The notes under the pieces were generated by a model that searched no databases, was not told the DNA's origin, and saw only the letters and a list, made by a program, of their open reading frames with translations. Of a DNA stretch of 64,000 nucleotides, positions 45,863-54,309 are shown one piece after another; within the stretch, counting starts at the first letter, position 1; every line of letters starts with the position of its first letter. Both the position numbers and the translations under genes were made by a program. This stretch comes from an uncultured Dehalococcoidia bacterium. Its GTDB lineage: Bacteria; Chloroflexota; Dehalococcoidia; Lucifugimonadales; UBA3495. The stretch lies in NCBI GenBank assembly GCA_958295765.1, contig CATQHB010000002.1, positions 398,424 through 462,423 of the forward strand, given 5' to 3'.

Positions 45863-47623
45863 CTAGGGGGTATCGTAAAGTTCGATTGGCGCCCCCGGAG
45901 TCAAATCCAGCCCTTGCAGACCCGGGTAGTCCGGTGCATACCGGTAGGCGCGGTACACCTGATTAGCCGGTTGTTGCCTACCACTTCTCTGTTCTTCCGT
46001 CGGCACCGCCTCGCCTTGACGCAAAGGGCCGCTGGTGGTCATCGGGTTAACGTACTTCCAAACCGTTTTGCCGGCCGGCGTTACCTCGAAAAGTGTACCG
46101 TGGGGCCCGTCGCAAATCAGCGTGTTTCCGTTGGGCAGCCGTTGCGCCCCGGAGATATAAGGGGCGTAAAAGTCTTCGGGCGTTGGGGCGGTATAAGTCC
46201 ATACCGGTTCGGCCGGCGCATAAGCCTGGCCGGAGTCCAGCCGATAGTTGGCCCCGTCCACCGGCGGAACAATCTCATCTACCGACGAGTAAGTGCGGGG
46301 GACATCCCAAACCCCAATGCCATTGTTGAAAATGAGGATGTTGCCGGCGCCGGGCTGGCCGGGGGGAATCCATTGCGGATTATGCGACGAGAAAAGTTGC
46401 TGGTCATCAAGCGTCCCGGCCCGATAGACGCGGGGGTTGCCCCAGCGGTACAGCAGGTCGCCCCCCATGCCGCTGTTTCCGCCGCCGGAGCCGGCCGCCT
46501 CGGCCCTGGTGGTGCTGTGGTCGATAATCCACACTTCGCTGAAATTACTAGGCGACAGCACAATCTGGTCCAATTCCGGGTTATAGTCGATTCCATTGCT
46601 GTGTATCCAGTCCGTCCAGTCCGGAGGGTCTGTCCCGCCGCCGGCGTTGGGAAGGTGGAAGTTAAGGTCAATCAACTCCGGATGCTCGGCCACCACCCCG
46701 TAATTGGCCTTGCTCGAATCAAAGTCCTGAATCAGATGATCCCACGCCGACCATTCCCAAACAATTTCGCAGCTTGTCGGCCCGGTGATTCGGGCTTCCA
46801 CAATGTGCGGCGCCAACACGCCCTTCTCGCCGATGTATTCCGGGTTGGCGCCGGCGGCGATGGCCTCCTCCCGCGGTTTACGTTGCCGGGACAGCAGCAG
46901 CACGTTCCCGTTGGGCATTTTAAGGAAGTCATGATGCGGATTCCCCTGAGTACAGTCCCACAGGATATTCCCATTCCGGTCAACTTCCCGCACATAGCGG
47001 CCCTGCTCGGTATTGGCGAAAGTCAGCAGATTGCCATTCTCCAGCAACCTGGCGAACTGGGCCGCAGCCGCCAACTCCCACCGGTGCACCTCCCGCCCCT
47101 GATTATCAATCAGGTAAACCGTTTTGGTGCGGCGTTTATTAAATAAAGTATAGCCGACAAATGCCTCCGGCTCATTCAGGAACACCCCGACGGTCCTGGC
47201 GGCCGGCGTCGGCGTAGCGGTGGGTTCAGGAGTTGGCGTCGGGGTAGGTGCCGGCGTCGGCGTAGTGGTAGGTATAGGGGCCGGCATAGCGGCAGGTGCC
47301 GGGCTGGGAGCCGTGGTAGCAACGGCAACGGTTGGGCGCAAGGTCGGCGCCGGCGTAGCGGTAGGCGTAGGGGCCGGCGTAGCAGTAGGCGCGGGGGTAA
47401 CAACCGGCGCCGCCGTTGGGCGTGGCGTTGACCTATCGACCGGTTCCGCGTTGCTGCAAGCTGGTAGTGAAACTACTACTGCGCCAAGCAAGACCGCAAC
47501 GGCGACAATCCGGCGCAATTTACTGGTTGCGCCGCGTCGGAAAAATCGGAAAGGGGAGTGAGAAACATCCTGGTGTGCCGCCGTTTCAGCAAATCCATTG
47601 CGCCGTGTCAACCTTATCCCCAA
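45863..47623 (-). CDS. ASST-like beta-propeller lipoprotein, paralog 2
   Basis: Same architecture and motifs as paralog 1. Confidence 0.6.
   Translation of the reverse strand: MGIRLTRRNGFAETAAHQDVSHSPFRFFRRGATSKLRRIVAVAVLLGAVVVSLPACSNAEPVDRSTPRPTAAPVVTPAPTATPAPTPTATPAPTLRPTVAVATTAPSPAPAAMPAPIPTTTPTPAPTPTPTPEPTATPTPAARTVGVFLNEPEAFVGYTLFNKRRTKTVYLIDNQGREVHRWELAAAAQFARLLENGNLLTFANTEQGRYVREVDRNGNILWDCTQGNPHHDFLKMPNGNVLLLSRQRKPREEAIAAGANPEYIGEKGVLAPHIVEARITGPTSCEIVWEWSAWDHLIQDFDSSKANYGVVAEHPELIDLNFHLPNAGGGTDPPDWTDWIHSNGIDYNPELDQIVLSPSNFSEVWIIDHSTTRAEAAGSGGGNSGMGGDLLYRWGNPRVYRAGTLDDQQLFSSHNPQWIPPGQPGAGNILIFNNGIGVWDVPRTYSSVDEIVPPVDGANYRLDSGQAYAPAEPVWTYTAPTPEDFYAPYISGAQRLPNGNTLICDGPHGTLFEVTPAGKTVWKYVNPMTTSGPLRQGEAVPTEEQRSGRQQPANQVYRAYRYAPDYPGLQGLDLTPGAPIELYDTP
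47188..47434 (-). repeat. Pro/Thr/Ala-rich linker repeats (paralog 2)
   Basis: [16 protein letters not shown]... Length differs from the other copies. Confidence 0.6.
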
Positions 47624-47710
47624 AGCTCAAACAGCCTCCTCGCACCCGAGATTGGAGCGGGAATTATGGTAATAGTCAGCAGTGAAGTCGTCAAGGCGGT
47701 ATTGCCCTGG
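47624..47710 (-). promoter_or_regulatory. Conserved 5' module of ASST paralog 2
   Basis: Same CGTCAAGG...TTATGGTAATAGTCAGCA...CCTCCTC blocks (plus-strand reading). Confidence 0.35.
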
Positions 47711-49483
47711 CTAGGGGGTATCGTAAAGTTCGATGGGCGCCCCCGGAGTCAAGTCCAGCCCTTGCAGACCCGGGTAGTCCGGCGCATATCGATAGGCGCG
47801 GTACAACTGATTAGCCGGCCATTCTCCATCATCTCCCTGTTGTTCCAGCGGGACGCCTTGACGCAAGATGCCGTCGCTGGTCGCCGGGTTGGCGTATTTC
47901 CAAACCGTTTTGCCGGCTGGCGTTACCTCGAAAATCGTGCCCCGCGTCCCATAGCAAATCAGGGTGTTTCCGTTGGGCAGCCGTTGCGCCCCGGAGATAA
48001 AACGGGTGTAAAAGTCGCTGGGCGTGGCGGCGGTATAAGTCCATACCGGTTCGGCCGGCGCATAAGCCTGGCCGGGATCCAGCCGGTAGTTGGCCCCGTC
48101 CACCGGCGGGGCAAGCTCATCTACCGACGAGTAATTGCGCCGGAAATCCGGGAACTCCCGGCCGTTGTTGAAAATGAGGATGTTGCCGGCTCCGGCCAGT
48201 CCGGGGGGAATCCAGTGCGGATTATGGGGCCAGAATAGTTGCTGATCATCGGGCGTACCGGCGCGATAAGCGCGGGGGTTGCCCCAGCGGTACAGCAGGT
48301 CGCCCCCCCTGCCGCTATTGCCGCCGCCGGAGCCGGCCGCCTCGGCCCTGGTGGTGCTGTGGTCGATAATCCATATTTCGCTGAAATGACGGGGCGACAG
48401 CATAATCTGGTCCAATGCCGGGTTATAGTCAATTCCGTTGCTGTGGATCCAATCCGCCGAGTTATCCCGGGCGACTGCCTCGGAAAGGCGGAAGTTGAGG
48501 TCAATCAACTCCGGGCGCTCGGCCACCACGCCGTAATTGGCCTTGCTCGAATCAAAGTCCTGAATCAGATGATCCCACGCCGACCATTCCCAAACAATCT
48601 CGCAGGTTGCCGGCCCGGTGGTTCGGATTTCCACAATATGCGGCGCCAGCAAGCCGTCGGGGGTGATGAATTCCGGGTTGGCGCCGGCGGCGATGGCCTC
48701 CTCCGGCGTTTTAATTTGCCGGGACAGGATCAGCGCGTTCCCGTTGGGCATTTTAAGGAAGTCATGATGCGGAATCCCCGGAGTACAGTCCCAAAGGGCG
48801 TCCCCGTTCCGGTCAATTTCCCGCACACTGCCCTCCGGCACAGTTTGATCCGTCTCGAGGCCCGGCTCTCTGGCGAAAGTCAGCAGATTGCCATTCTCCA
48901 GCAACTTGGCGAACAGGGCCACATATTCCAACTCCCACCGGTGCACCTCCCGCCCCTGATTATCAATCAGGTAAATCGTATTGGTGCGGAATTTATTAAA
49001 TAAAGTATAGCCCTCAAATGCCTCCGGCTCATTCAGGAGCAGCCCGACGGTCCTGGCGGCCGGCGTCGGGGTAGCGGTAGGCTCAGGGGGCGGCGTGGCG
49101 GTAGGCGCAGGAACCGGCGTAGCGGTAGGTACAGGGGCCGGCGTAGCGGTAGGAGTAGGGGCCGGCGTAGGGGTAGGCTCAGGAACCGGCGTGGCGGTAG
49201 GTGTAGGAACCGGCGTAGCGGTAGGTACAGGAACCGGCGTAGCGGTAGCCGCCGGCGTAACAACCGCCGCCGCCGTTGGACGGGGTGTTGACCTTTCGAC
49301 CGGTTCCGCGTTGCTGCAAGCCAGTAGTGAAACTACCGCCAGGCCAAGCAGGACCGCAACCGCGACAATCCGGCGCAACTTGCTGCTTGCGCCGCGTCGG
49401 AAAAGTCGGAAAGGAGGGTGAGAAACATCCTTGAGTGCCGCCGTTTCAGCAAATCCATTGCGCCGTGTCAACCTTATCCTCAA
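47711..49483 (-). CDS. ASST-like beta-propeller lipoprotein, paralog 3
   Basis: Same architecture, with divergent loops (e.g. FAREPGLETDQTVPEGSVREIDRNGD). Confidence 0.6.
   Translation of the reverse strand: MRIRLTRRNGFAETAALKDVSHPPFRLFRRGASSKLRRIVAVAVLLGLAVVSLLACSNAEPVERSTPRPTAAAVVTPAATATPVPVPTATPVPTPTATPVPEPTPTPAPTPTATPAPVPTATPVPAPTATPPPEPTATPTPAARTVGLLLNEPEAFEGYTLFNKFRTNTIYLIDNQGREVHRWELEYVALFAKLLENGNLLTFAREPGLETDQTVPEGSVREIDRNGDALWDCTPGIPHHDFLKMPNGNALILSRQIKTPEEAIAAGANPEFITPDGLLAPHIVEIRTTGPATCEIVWEWSAWDHLIQDFDSSKANYGVVAERPELIDLNFRLSEAVARDNSADWIHSNGIDYNPALDQIMLSPRHFSEIWIIDHSTTRAEAAGSGGGNSGRGGDLLYRWGNPRAYRAGTPDDQQLFWPHNPHWIPPGLAGAGNILIFNNGREFPDFRRNYSSVDELAPPVDGANYRLDPGQAYAPAEPVWTYTAATPSDFYTRFISGAQRLPNGNTLICYGTRGTIFEVTPAGKTVWKYANPATSDGILRQGVPLEQQGDDGEWPANQLYRAYRYAPDYPGLQGLDLTPGAPIELYDTP
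49033..49294 (-). repeat. Pro/Thr/Ala-rich linker repeats (paralog 3)
   Basis: [37 protein letters not shown]... Confidence 0.6.
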
Positions 49484-49570
49484 AGCCCGGACAACCTCCC
49501 CGCACCCGAGATTGGAACGGGAATTATGGTAATAGTCAGCAACGAACTCGTCAAGGCAGTATTGCCCAGG
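49484..49570 (-). promoter_or_regulatory. Conserved 5' module of ASST paralog 3
   Basis: Same conserved blocks. RBS variant GGGGAGG. Confidence 0.35.
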
Positions 49571-51283
49571 CTAAGGGCTGTCGTAAAGTTCGATTGGCGC
49601 CCCCGGAGTCAAGTCCAGCCCTTGCAGACCCGGGTAGTCCGGCGCATACCGGTAAGCGCGGTACATCTGATTAACCGGTATTTCTATTTCTACACCACCT
49701 ACCCAGTCCAATTTTTGCAACGGCACCGGCTCGCCTTGACGCAAAGGGCCGTCGCTGGACGTCGGGTTGACGTACTGCCAAACCGTTTTGCCGGCCGGCG
49801 TTACCTCAAAAAGCGTACCGTTTACCCCGTCGCAAATCAGCGTGTTGCCGTTGGGCAGCCGTTGCGCCCCGGAGATGTAAGGGGCGTAAAAGTCGCCGGG
49901 CGTGGCGGCGGTATAAGTCCATACCGGTTCGGCCGGCCCATAAGCCTGGTCGGGGTCCAGCCGATAGTTGGCCCCGTCCACCGGCGGAACCAGCTCATCT
50001 ACCGACGAATAACCGCGCCGGAAATCCGGGAACTCGTCGCCATTGTTGAAAATGAGGATGTTGCCGGCGCCGGGCCGGCCGGGGGGAATCCATTCAGGAT
50101 TATGGGGCCAGAATAGTTGCTGGTCGTCGGCCGTCCCGGCCCGATAGGCGCGGGGGTTGCCCCAGCGGTACAGCAGGTCGCCCCCCTTGCCGCTATTTCC
50201 CCCGCTGGAGCCGGCCGCCTCGGCCCGGGTGGTGCTGTGGTCGATAATCCACACTTCGCTGAAATGACGGGGCAACAGCATAATCTGGTCCAGTTCCGGG
50301 TTATAGTCGATTCCGTTGCTGTGGATCCAGTCCATCGGGTCTAACCAGTCGGCTACCTCGGCCAGGCGGAAGTTAAGGTCAATCAACTCCGGGTGTTCGG
50401 CCACCACGCCGTAATTGGCCTTGCCGGGGTCAAAATCCTGAATCAGATGATCCCACGCCGACCATTCCCAAACGATTTCGCAGCTTGCCGGCCCGGTGAT
50501 TCGGGCCTCTACAATATGCGGCGCGAACAAGCTATCGGCGGCGATGAAGTCCGGGTTGGCGCCGGCGGCGATGACCGCCGCGGCGGGTTTATGTTGCAAG
50601 GACAGCAGCAGCACGTTCCCGTTGGGCATTTTAAGGAAGTCATGATGCGGGACGCCCTGCATACAGTCCCAAAGGATGTTCCCGTTCCGGTCAACTTCCC
50701 GCACACTGCGCTCCGGTTCCCGGTCCAGGTCTCTGGCGAAAGCCAGCAGATTGCCGTTCTCCAGCAACCTGGCGAACAGGGTCCGGCGCTCCAACTCCCA
50801 CCGGTGCACCTCCCGCCCCTGATTATCAATCAGGTAAAGCGTCGGGGTGCCCCGTTTATTAAATAAAGTATAGCCGTCAAACGCCTCCGGCTCATTCAGG
50901 AGCACCCCGACGGTCCTGGCGGCCGGCGTCGGGGCAGCGGTGGGCGCCGGGGTTGGCGTAAGGGTAGGCTCAGGGATCGGCGTAGCGGTGGGTGTCGGGG
51001 CCGGTGTAGGGGTAGGTGTCGGAACCGGCGTAGGGGTAGGCTCAGGAACCGGCGTAGGGGTGGGCGCCGGGGTGGGCGCCGGGGTAACAACCGGCGCCGT
51101 TGTTGGACGGGGTGTTACCCTCTCGACCGGCTCTGTGTCGCTGCAAGCCAGCAGGGAAACTACTGCTACGCCAAGCAGGACCGCAACCGCGACAATCCGG
51201 CGCAATTTACTGGTTGCGCCGCGTCGGAAAAGTCGGGGGAGCGGGGGACATACTTGAGCCGGTAGCCGTTTCAGCAAATCCAT
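49571..51283 (-). CDS. ASST-like beta-propeller lipoprotein, paralog 4 (the only copy with the conserved ATG in frame)
   Basis: Starts [11 protein letters not shown]...[14 protein letters not shown].., lipobox LLAC|S. Same propeller motifs. Confidence 0.6.
   Translation of the reverse strand: MDLLKRLPAQVCPPLPRLFRRGATSKLRRIVAVAVLLGVAVVSLLACSDTEPVERVTPRPTTAPVVTPAPTPAPTPTPVPEPTPTPVPTPTPTPAPTPTATPIPEPTLTPTPAPTAAPTPAARTVGVLLNEPEAFDGYTLFNKRGTPTLYLIDNQGREVHRWELERRTLFARLLENGNLLAFARDLDREPERSVREVDRNGNILWDCMQGVPHHDFLKMPNGNVLLLSLQHKPAAAVIAAGANPDFIAADSLFAPHIVEARITGPASCEIVWEWSAWDHLIQDFDPGKANYGVVAEHPELIDLNFRLAEVADWLDPMDWIHSNGIDYNPELDQIMLLPRHFSEVWIIDHSTTRAEAAGSSGGNSGKGGDLLYRWGNPRAYRAGTADDQQLFWPHNPEWIPPGRPGAGNILIFNNGDEFPDFRRGYSSVDELVPPVDGANYRLDPDQAYGPAEPVWTYTAATPGDFYAPYISGAQRLPNGNTLICDGVNGTLFEVTPAGKTVWQYVNPTSSDGPLRQGEPVPLQKLDWVGGVEIEIPVNQMYRAYRYAPDYPGLQGLDLTPGAPIELYDSP
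50902..51118 (-). repeat. Pro/Thr/Ala-rich linker repeats (paralog 4)
   Basis: [34 protein letters not shown]... Confidence 0.6.
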
Positions 51284-51395
51284 TGCGCCGCGTCAACCTT
51301 ATCCGCCAGGCTCGGCCAACCTCCTCGTACCCGAGATTGGGGCGGGATTTATGGTAATAGTCAGCAACAAAGTCGTCAAGGCGGGATTGCCCGGC
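51284..51395 (-). promoter_or_regulatory. Conserved 5' module of ASST paralog 4
   Basis: Same conserved blocks. Confidence 0.35.
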
Positions 51396-53207
51396 CTAGG
51401 GGGTATCGTAAAGTTCGATGGGCGCCCCCGGAGTCAAATCCAGCCCTTGCAGACCCGGGTAGTCCGGCGCATACCGGTAAGCGCGGTACACCTGATTAAC
51501 CGGTATTTCTATTTCTCCAGCAGTTGCCCACACCAATCTTTCCATCGGCACCGGCTCGCCTTGACGCAAAGGGCCGTCGCTGGACGCCGGGTTGACGTAT
51601 TTCCAAACCGTTTTGCCGGCCGGCGTTACCTCAAAAATCGTGCCGTTCACCCCGTCGCAAATCAGCGTGTTGCCGTTGGGCAGCCGTTGCGCCCCGGAGA
51701 TGTAAGGGGCGTAAAAGTCGCTGGGCGTTGCGGCGGTATAAGTCCATACCGGTTCGGCCGGCCCATAAGCCTGGCCGGAGTCCAGCCGGTAGTTGGCCCC
51801 GTCCACCGGCGGAACAATCTCATCGATCGACGAATAACCGCGCAGGAAATCTGTGAACTCAAGGCCATTGTTGAAAATGACGATGTTGCCGGCCCCGGCC
51901 TGGCCGGGGGGAATCCATTCAGGATTATGCTGCCAGAATAGTTGCTGGTCGTCAGGCGTCCCGGCGCGATAGGCGCGGGGGTTGCCCCAGCGGTAGAGCA
52001 GGTCGCCCCCCATGCCGCTATTGCCGCCTTCGGAGCCGGCCGCCTCGGTCGTGGTGGTACTATGGTCGATAATCCACACTTCGCTGAAACGACGGGTGGA
52101 CAGCACAATCTGGTCCAATTCCGGGTTATAGTCGATTCCGTTGCTGTTTATCCAATCCGCCGGGTGCCCCCGGGCGGCTAACTCGTCAAGGAGGTAGTTA
52201 AGGTCAATCAACTCCGGATGCTCGGCCACCACGCCGTAATTGGGCTTGCTCGAATCAAAGTCCTGAATTATATGATCCCACGCCGACCAATCCCAAACGA
52301 TTTCGCAACTGGCCGGCCCGGTGGGTCGGGCCTCAACGATACGCGGCCCCATCAAGCCACTACCGTCAGGGTCGATGAAGTCCGGGTTGGCGCCGGCGGC
52401 GATGACCTCCTCGGGGGTTTTAAATTCCCGGCCCAGCAGCAGCATATTCCCGTTGGGCATTTTAAGGAAGTCATGATGCGGCAGGCCATGAGCACATTCT
52501 GCGAGGATGTTCCCGTTCCGGTCAATTTCCCGCACACTGCGCCGCGGGGTGTGGTCCGGGTATATGCCGAGAGTCATCAGATTGCCATTCTCCAGCAACT
52601 GTGCGAACAGGGCCTCATAGTCCAACTCCCACCGGTGCACCTCCCGCCCCTGATTATCAATCAGGTAAAACGTATTGGTGTGGCGTTTACTAAATAAAGT
52701 ATAGCCCTCAAATGCCTCCGGCTCATTCACGAACAACCCGACGGTCCTGGCGACCGGCGTCGGGGTAGCGGTAGGCTCAGGGGCCGGCGTAGCGGTGGGC
52801 GCAGGGGGTGGTGTCGCGGTAGGTGCAGGAACCGGCGTAGCGGTAGGTGCAGGAACCGGCGTAGCAGTAGGTACAGGAACCGGCGCAGCGGTAGGTACAG
52901 GAACCGGCGCAGCGGTAGGTATGGGGGCCGGCGTAGCGGTAGGTGCAGGAACCGGCGTGGCGGTAGGTACAGGAGTTGGCGTAACAACCGGCGCCGCCGT
53001 TGGGCGGGGTGTTGACCTATCGACCGGCTCTGTGTTGCTGCAAGCTGGTAGGGAAACTGCTGCTACGCCAAGCAGGAGCGCAACGGCGACAATCCGGCGC
53101 AATTTACTGGTTGCGCCGTGTCGGAAAAATCGGAAAGGGGAGTAAGCAACATCCTGGTGTGCCGCCGTTTCAGCAAATCCATTGCGCCGCGTCAACCTTA
53201 TCCTCAA
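51396..53207 (-). CDS. ASST-like beta-propeller lipoprotein, paralog 5
   Basis: Same architecture, with lipobox-like SLPAC|S. Confidence 0.6.
   Translation of the reverse strand: MRIRLTRRNGFAETAAHQDVAYSPFRFFRHGATSKLRRIVAVALLLGVAAVSLPACSNTEPVDRSTPRPTAAPVVTPTPVPTATPVPAPTATPAPIPTAAPVPVPTAAPVPVPTATPVPAPTATPVPAPTATPPPAPTATPAPEPTATPTPVARTVGLFVNEPEAFEGYTLFSKRHTNTFYLIDNQGREVHRWELDYEALFAQLLENGNLMTLGIYPDHTPRRSVREIDRNGNILAECAHGLPHHDFLKMPNGNMLLLGREFKTPEEVIAAGANPDFIDPDGSGLMGPRIVEARPTGPASCEIVWDWSAWDHIIQDFDSSKPNYGVVAEHPELIDLNYLLDELAARGHPADWINSNGIDYNPELDQIVLSTRRFSEVWIIDHSTTTTEAAGSEGGNSGMGGDLLYRWGNPRAYRAGTPDDQQLFWQHNPEWIPPGQAGAGNIVIFNNGLEFTDFLRGYSSIDEIVPPVDGANYRLDSGQAYGPAEPVWTYTAATPSDFYAPYISGAQRLPNGNTLICDGVNGTIFEVTPAGKTVWKYVNPASSDGPLRQGEPVPMERLVWATAGEIEIPVNQVYRAYRYAPDYPGLQGLDLTPGAPIELYDTP
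52727..53018 (-). repeat. Pro/Thr/Ala-rich linker repeats (paralog 5)
   Basis: PTATPVPAPTATPAPIPTAAPVPVPTAAPVPVPTATP... Confidence 0.6.
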
Positions 53208-53296
53208 AGCTCAAACAGCCTCCTCACACCCGGTATTGAAACGGGAATTATGGTAATGGTCAGCAGTGAATTCGTCAAGGCGGTATTCCTCCAGGG
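53208..53296 (-). promoter_or_regulatory. Conserved 5' module of ASST paralog 5
   Basis: Same conserved blocks. Confidence 0.35.
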
Positions 53297-53419
53297 CAAC
53301 CGTCGTTCCGGCAGGGCAACCGTCGTTCCGGCGAAAGCCGGAATCCAGAACCCTCGGTAGCCGGCCCGCTCTTTTCCCGTAGGATTTCCTGGATTCCGGC
53401 TTTCGCCGGAACGACGGTG
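53297..53419. repeat. Family B element (B6) with a duplicated left terminus, core in B4 orientation
   Basis: CAACCGTCGTTCCGGC occurs twice, followed by the full element. Confidence 0.65.
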
Positions 53420-53555
53420 GGCGGGAACGACGGTGGGCGGGAACGACGGTGGGCGGGAACGACGGTGGGCGGGAATGACCGGGGTGTGCGGGAACGACGG
53501 TGGGCGGGAATGACCGGGGTGTGCGGGAATGACCGGGGTGTGCGGGAATGACCGG
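53408..53555. repeat. Tandem array of 16-bp (GGAACGACGGTGGGCG) and 19-bp (GGAATGACCGGGGTGTGCG) units
   Basis: Five 16-bp and three-plus 19-bp units, contiguous with no spacers. The units resemble the termini of families B (..GGAACGACGG) and C (..GGAATGAC). Confidence 0.75.
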
Positions 53556-53595
53556 TTTATGCTGGGATTGCCCGGCGGGGATAGATAAACGGTAG

Positions 53596-53624
53596 TTGGC
53601 TAACCGGCGGGTATGTGTTAAAAT
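53596..53624 (+). promoter_or_regulatory. Sigma70-like promoter for the DsbA-like gene
   Basis: TTGGCT (53596-53601), 17 nt, TAAAAT (53619-53624), about 30 nt upstream of ATG 53655. Confidence 0.5.
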
Positions 53625-53654
53625 CGGTGCAATTAAACAGGAGGAGGCATCGCT

Positions 53655-54287
53655 ATGGCTGAAGCGGATTTCCGAACCTATTACGACTTCCGTTGACCCT
53701 TCGTATATAACGCTGCCATGTGGCTGGCGAAGGTACGAGCAACCACCGGACAAGAGGTCAACGTGGACTGGCAGCCCTTCTCCCTGGAGCAGGTGAACAG
53801 CGACAAGGGAGAGGATTTCAAGTATTGGGAGCAGCCGGGCGCCACTGACGGCACCGACAATACCCTCCTGGCCCACCGGGCCGGGCTGGCCGCCAAGCGG
53901 CAGGGCAAGGATGCCTTTGAGTCCTTCTTTATGGCCCTGTTGAAACTGCGCCACGAAGAGCGGAAGAGCCTGACCGACCCGGCGGTGATGGAAGAGGCGG
54001 TCGCCAATTCCGGCATCGACATGGCCCGGTTCCGGGAAGACCTGGCCGACCCCGACCTGCTGCGGGAGATTGGCGAGAGCCATACCGTCGCGGTGGAGGA
54101 GTACGGGGCCTTTGGCGTGCCTACTTACATCTTCCCCAACGGCAGCACCGCCTTTGTGAAGATGCACATTCCTCCCGATGAAGAGGCCGGGGAGATTTAC
54201 GAGTCCCTGACCCGGGTGATTACCGAGGCCCGGCACGTGGGCGAGGTCAAGCGCCCGTCGCCCCCCTGGCCCCACGGCCTCATCTAG
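53655..54287 (+). CDS. DsbA/FrnE-like thioredoxin-fold oxidoreductase with in-frame TGA (53694-53696) at the redox-Cys position; candidate selenoprotein, otherwise a pseudogene
   Basis: AGGAGGAGG RBS (53639-53647) then ATG 53655. The frame reads MAEADFRTYYDFR-TGA-PFVYNAAMWLAKV... and continues into track ORF 53718..54287, which carries DsbA features (VDWQPFSL, FGVPTYIF). Confidence 0.6.
53698..53733 (+). promoter_or_regulatory. SECIS-like stem-loop immediately 3' of the in-frame TGA
   Basis: Lower stem CCUUCG/CGAAGG (6 bp), 7-nt 5' internal loop, upper stem C-(G bulge)-C-U.U-GCC/GGC, apical loop AUGU with G and U 24-25 nt after the UGA. Confidence 0.45.
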
Positions 54288-54309
54288 GGAGACCTTCCAG
54301 GGTTTTGCC

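Noticed and set aside
43955-53207. Diversity-generating retroelement as the source of ASST loop variation
   Set aside because: There is no reverse transcriptase gene and no template/variable repeat pair with adenine-specific substitutions. The variation consists of whole-segment replacements and indels, which fits paralog divergence with gene conversion.
45288-53239. Many plus-strand ORFs across the ASST array (e.g. 45725..47146, 47558..48238, 48239..49003; Gly/Val/Ala-rich 45288..45713, 47220..47561, 49095..49421, 50940..51257, 52795..53145)
   Set aside because: They are antisense images of the five paralogs. The G/V/A-rich ones are simply the reverse-complement reading of the Pro/Thr linkers.
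53408-53555. Possible CRISPR array
   Set aside because: The units are contiguous 16/19-bp repeats with no unique spacers, and no cas genes lie nearby. It is a simple tandem array.
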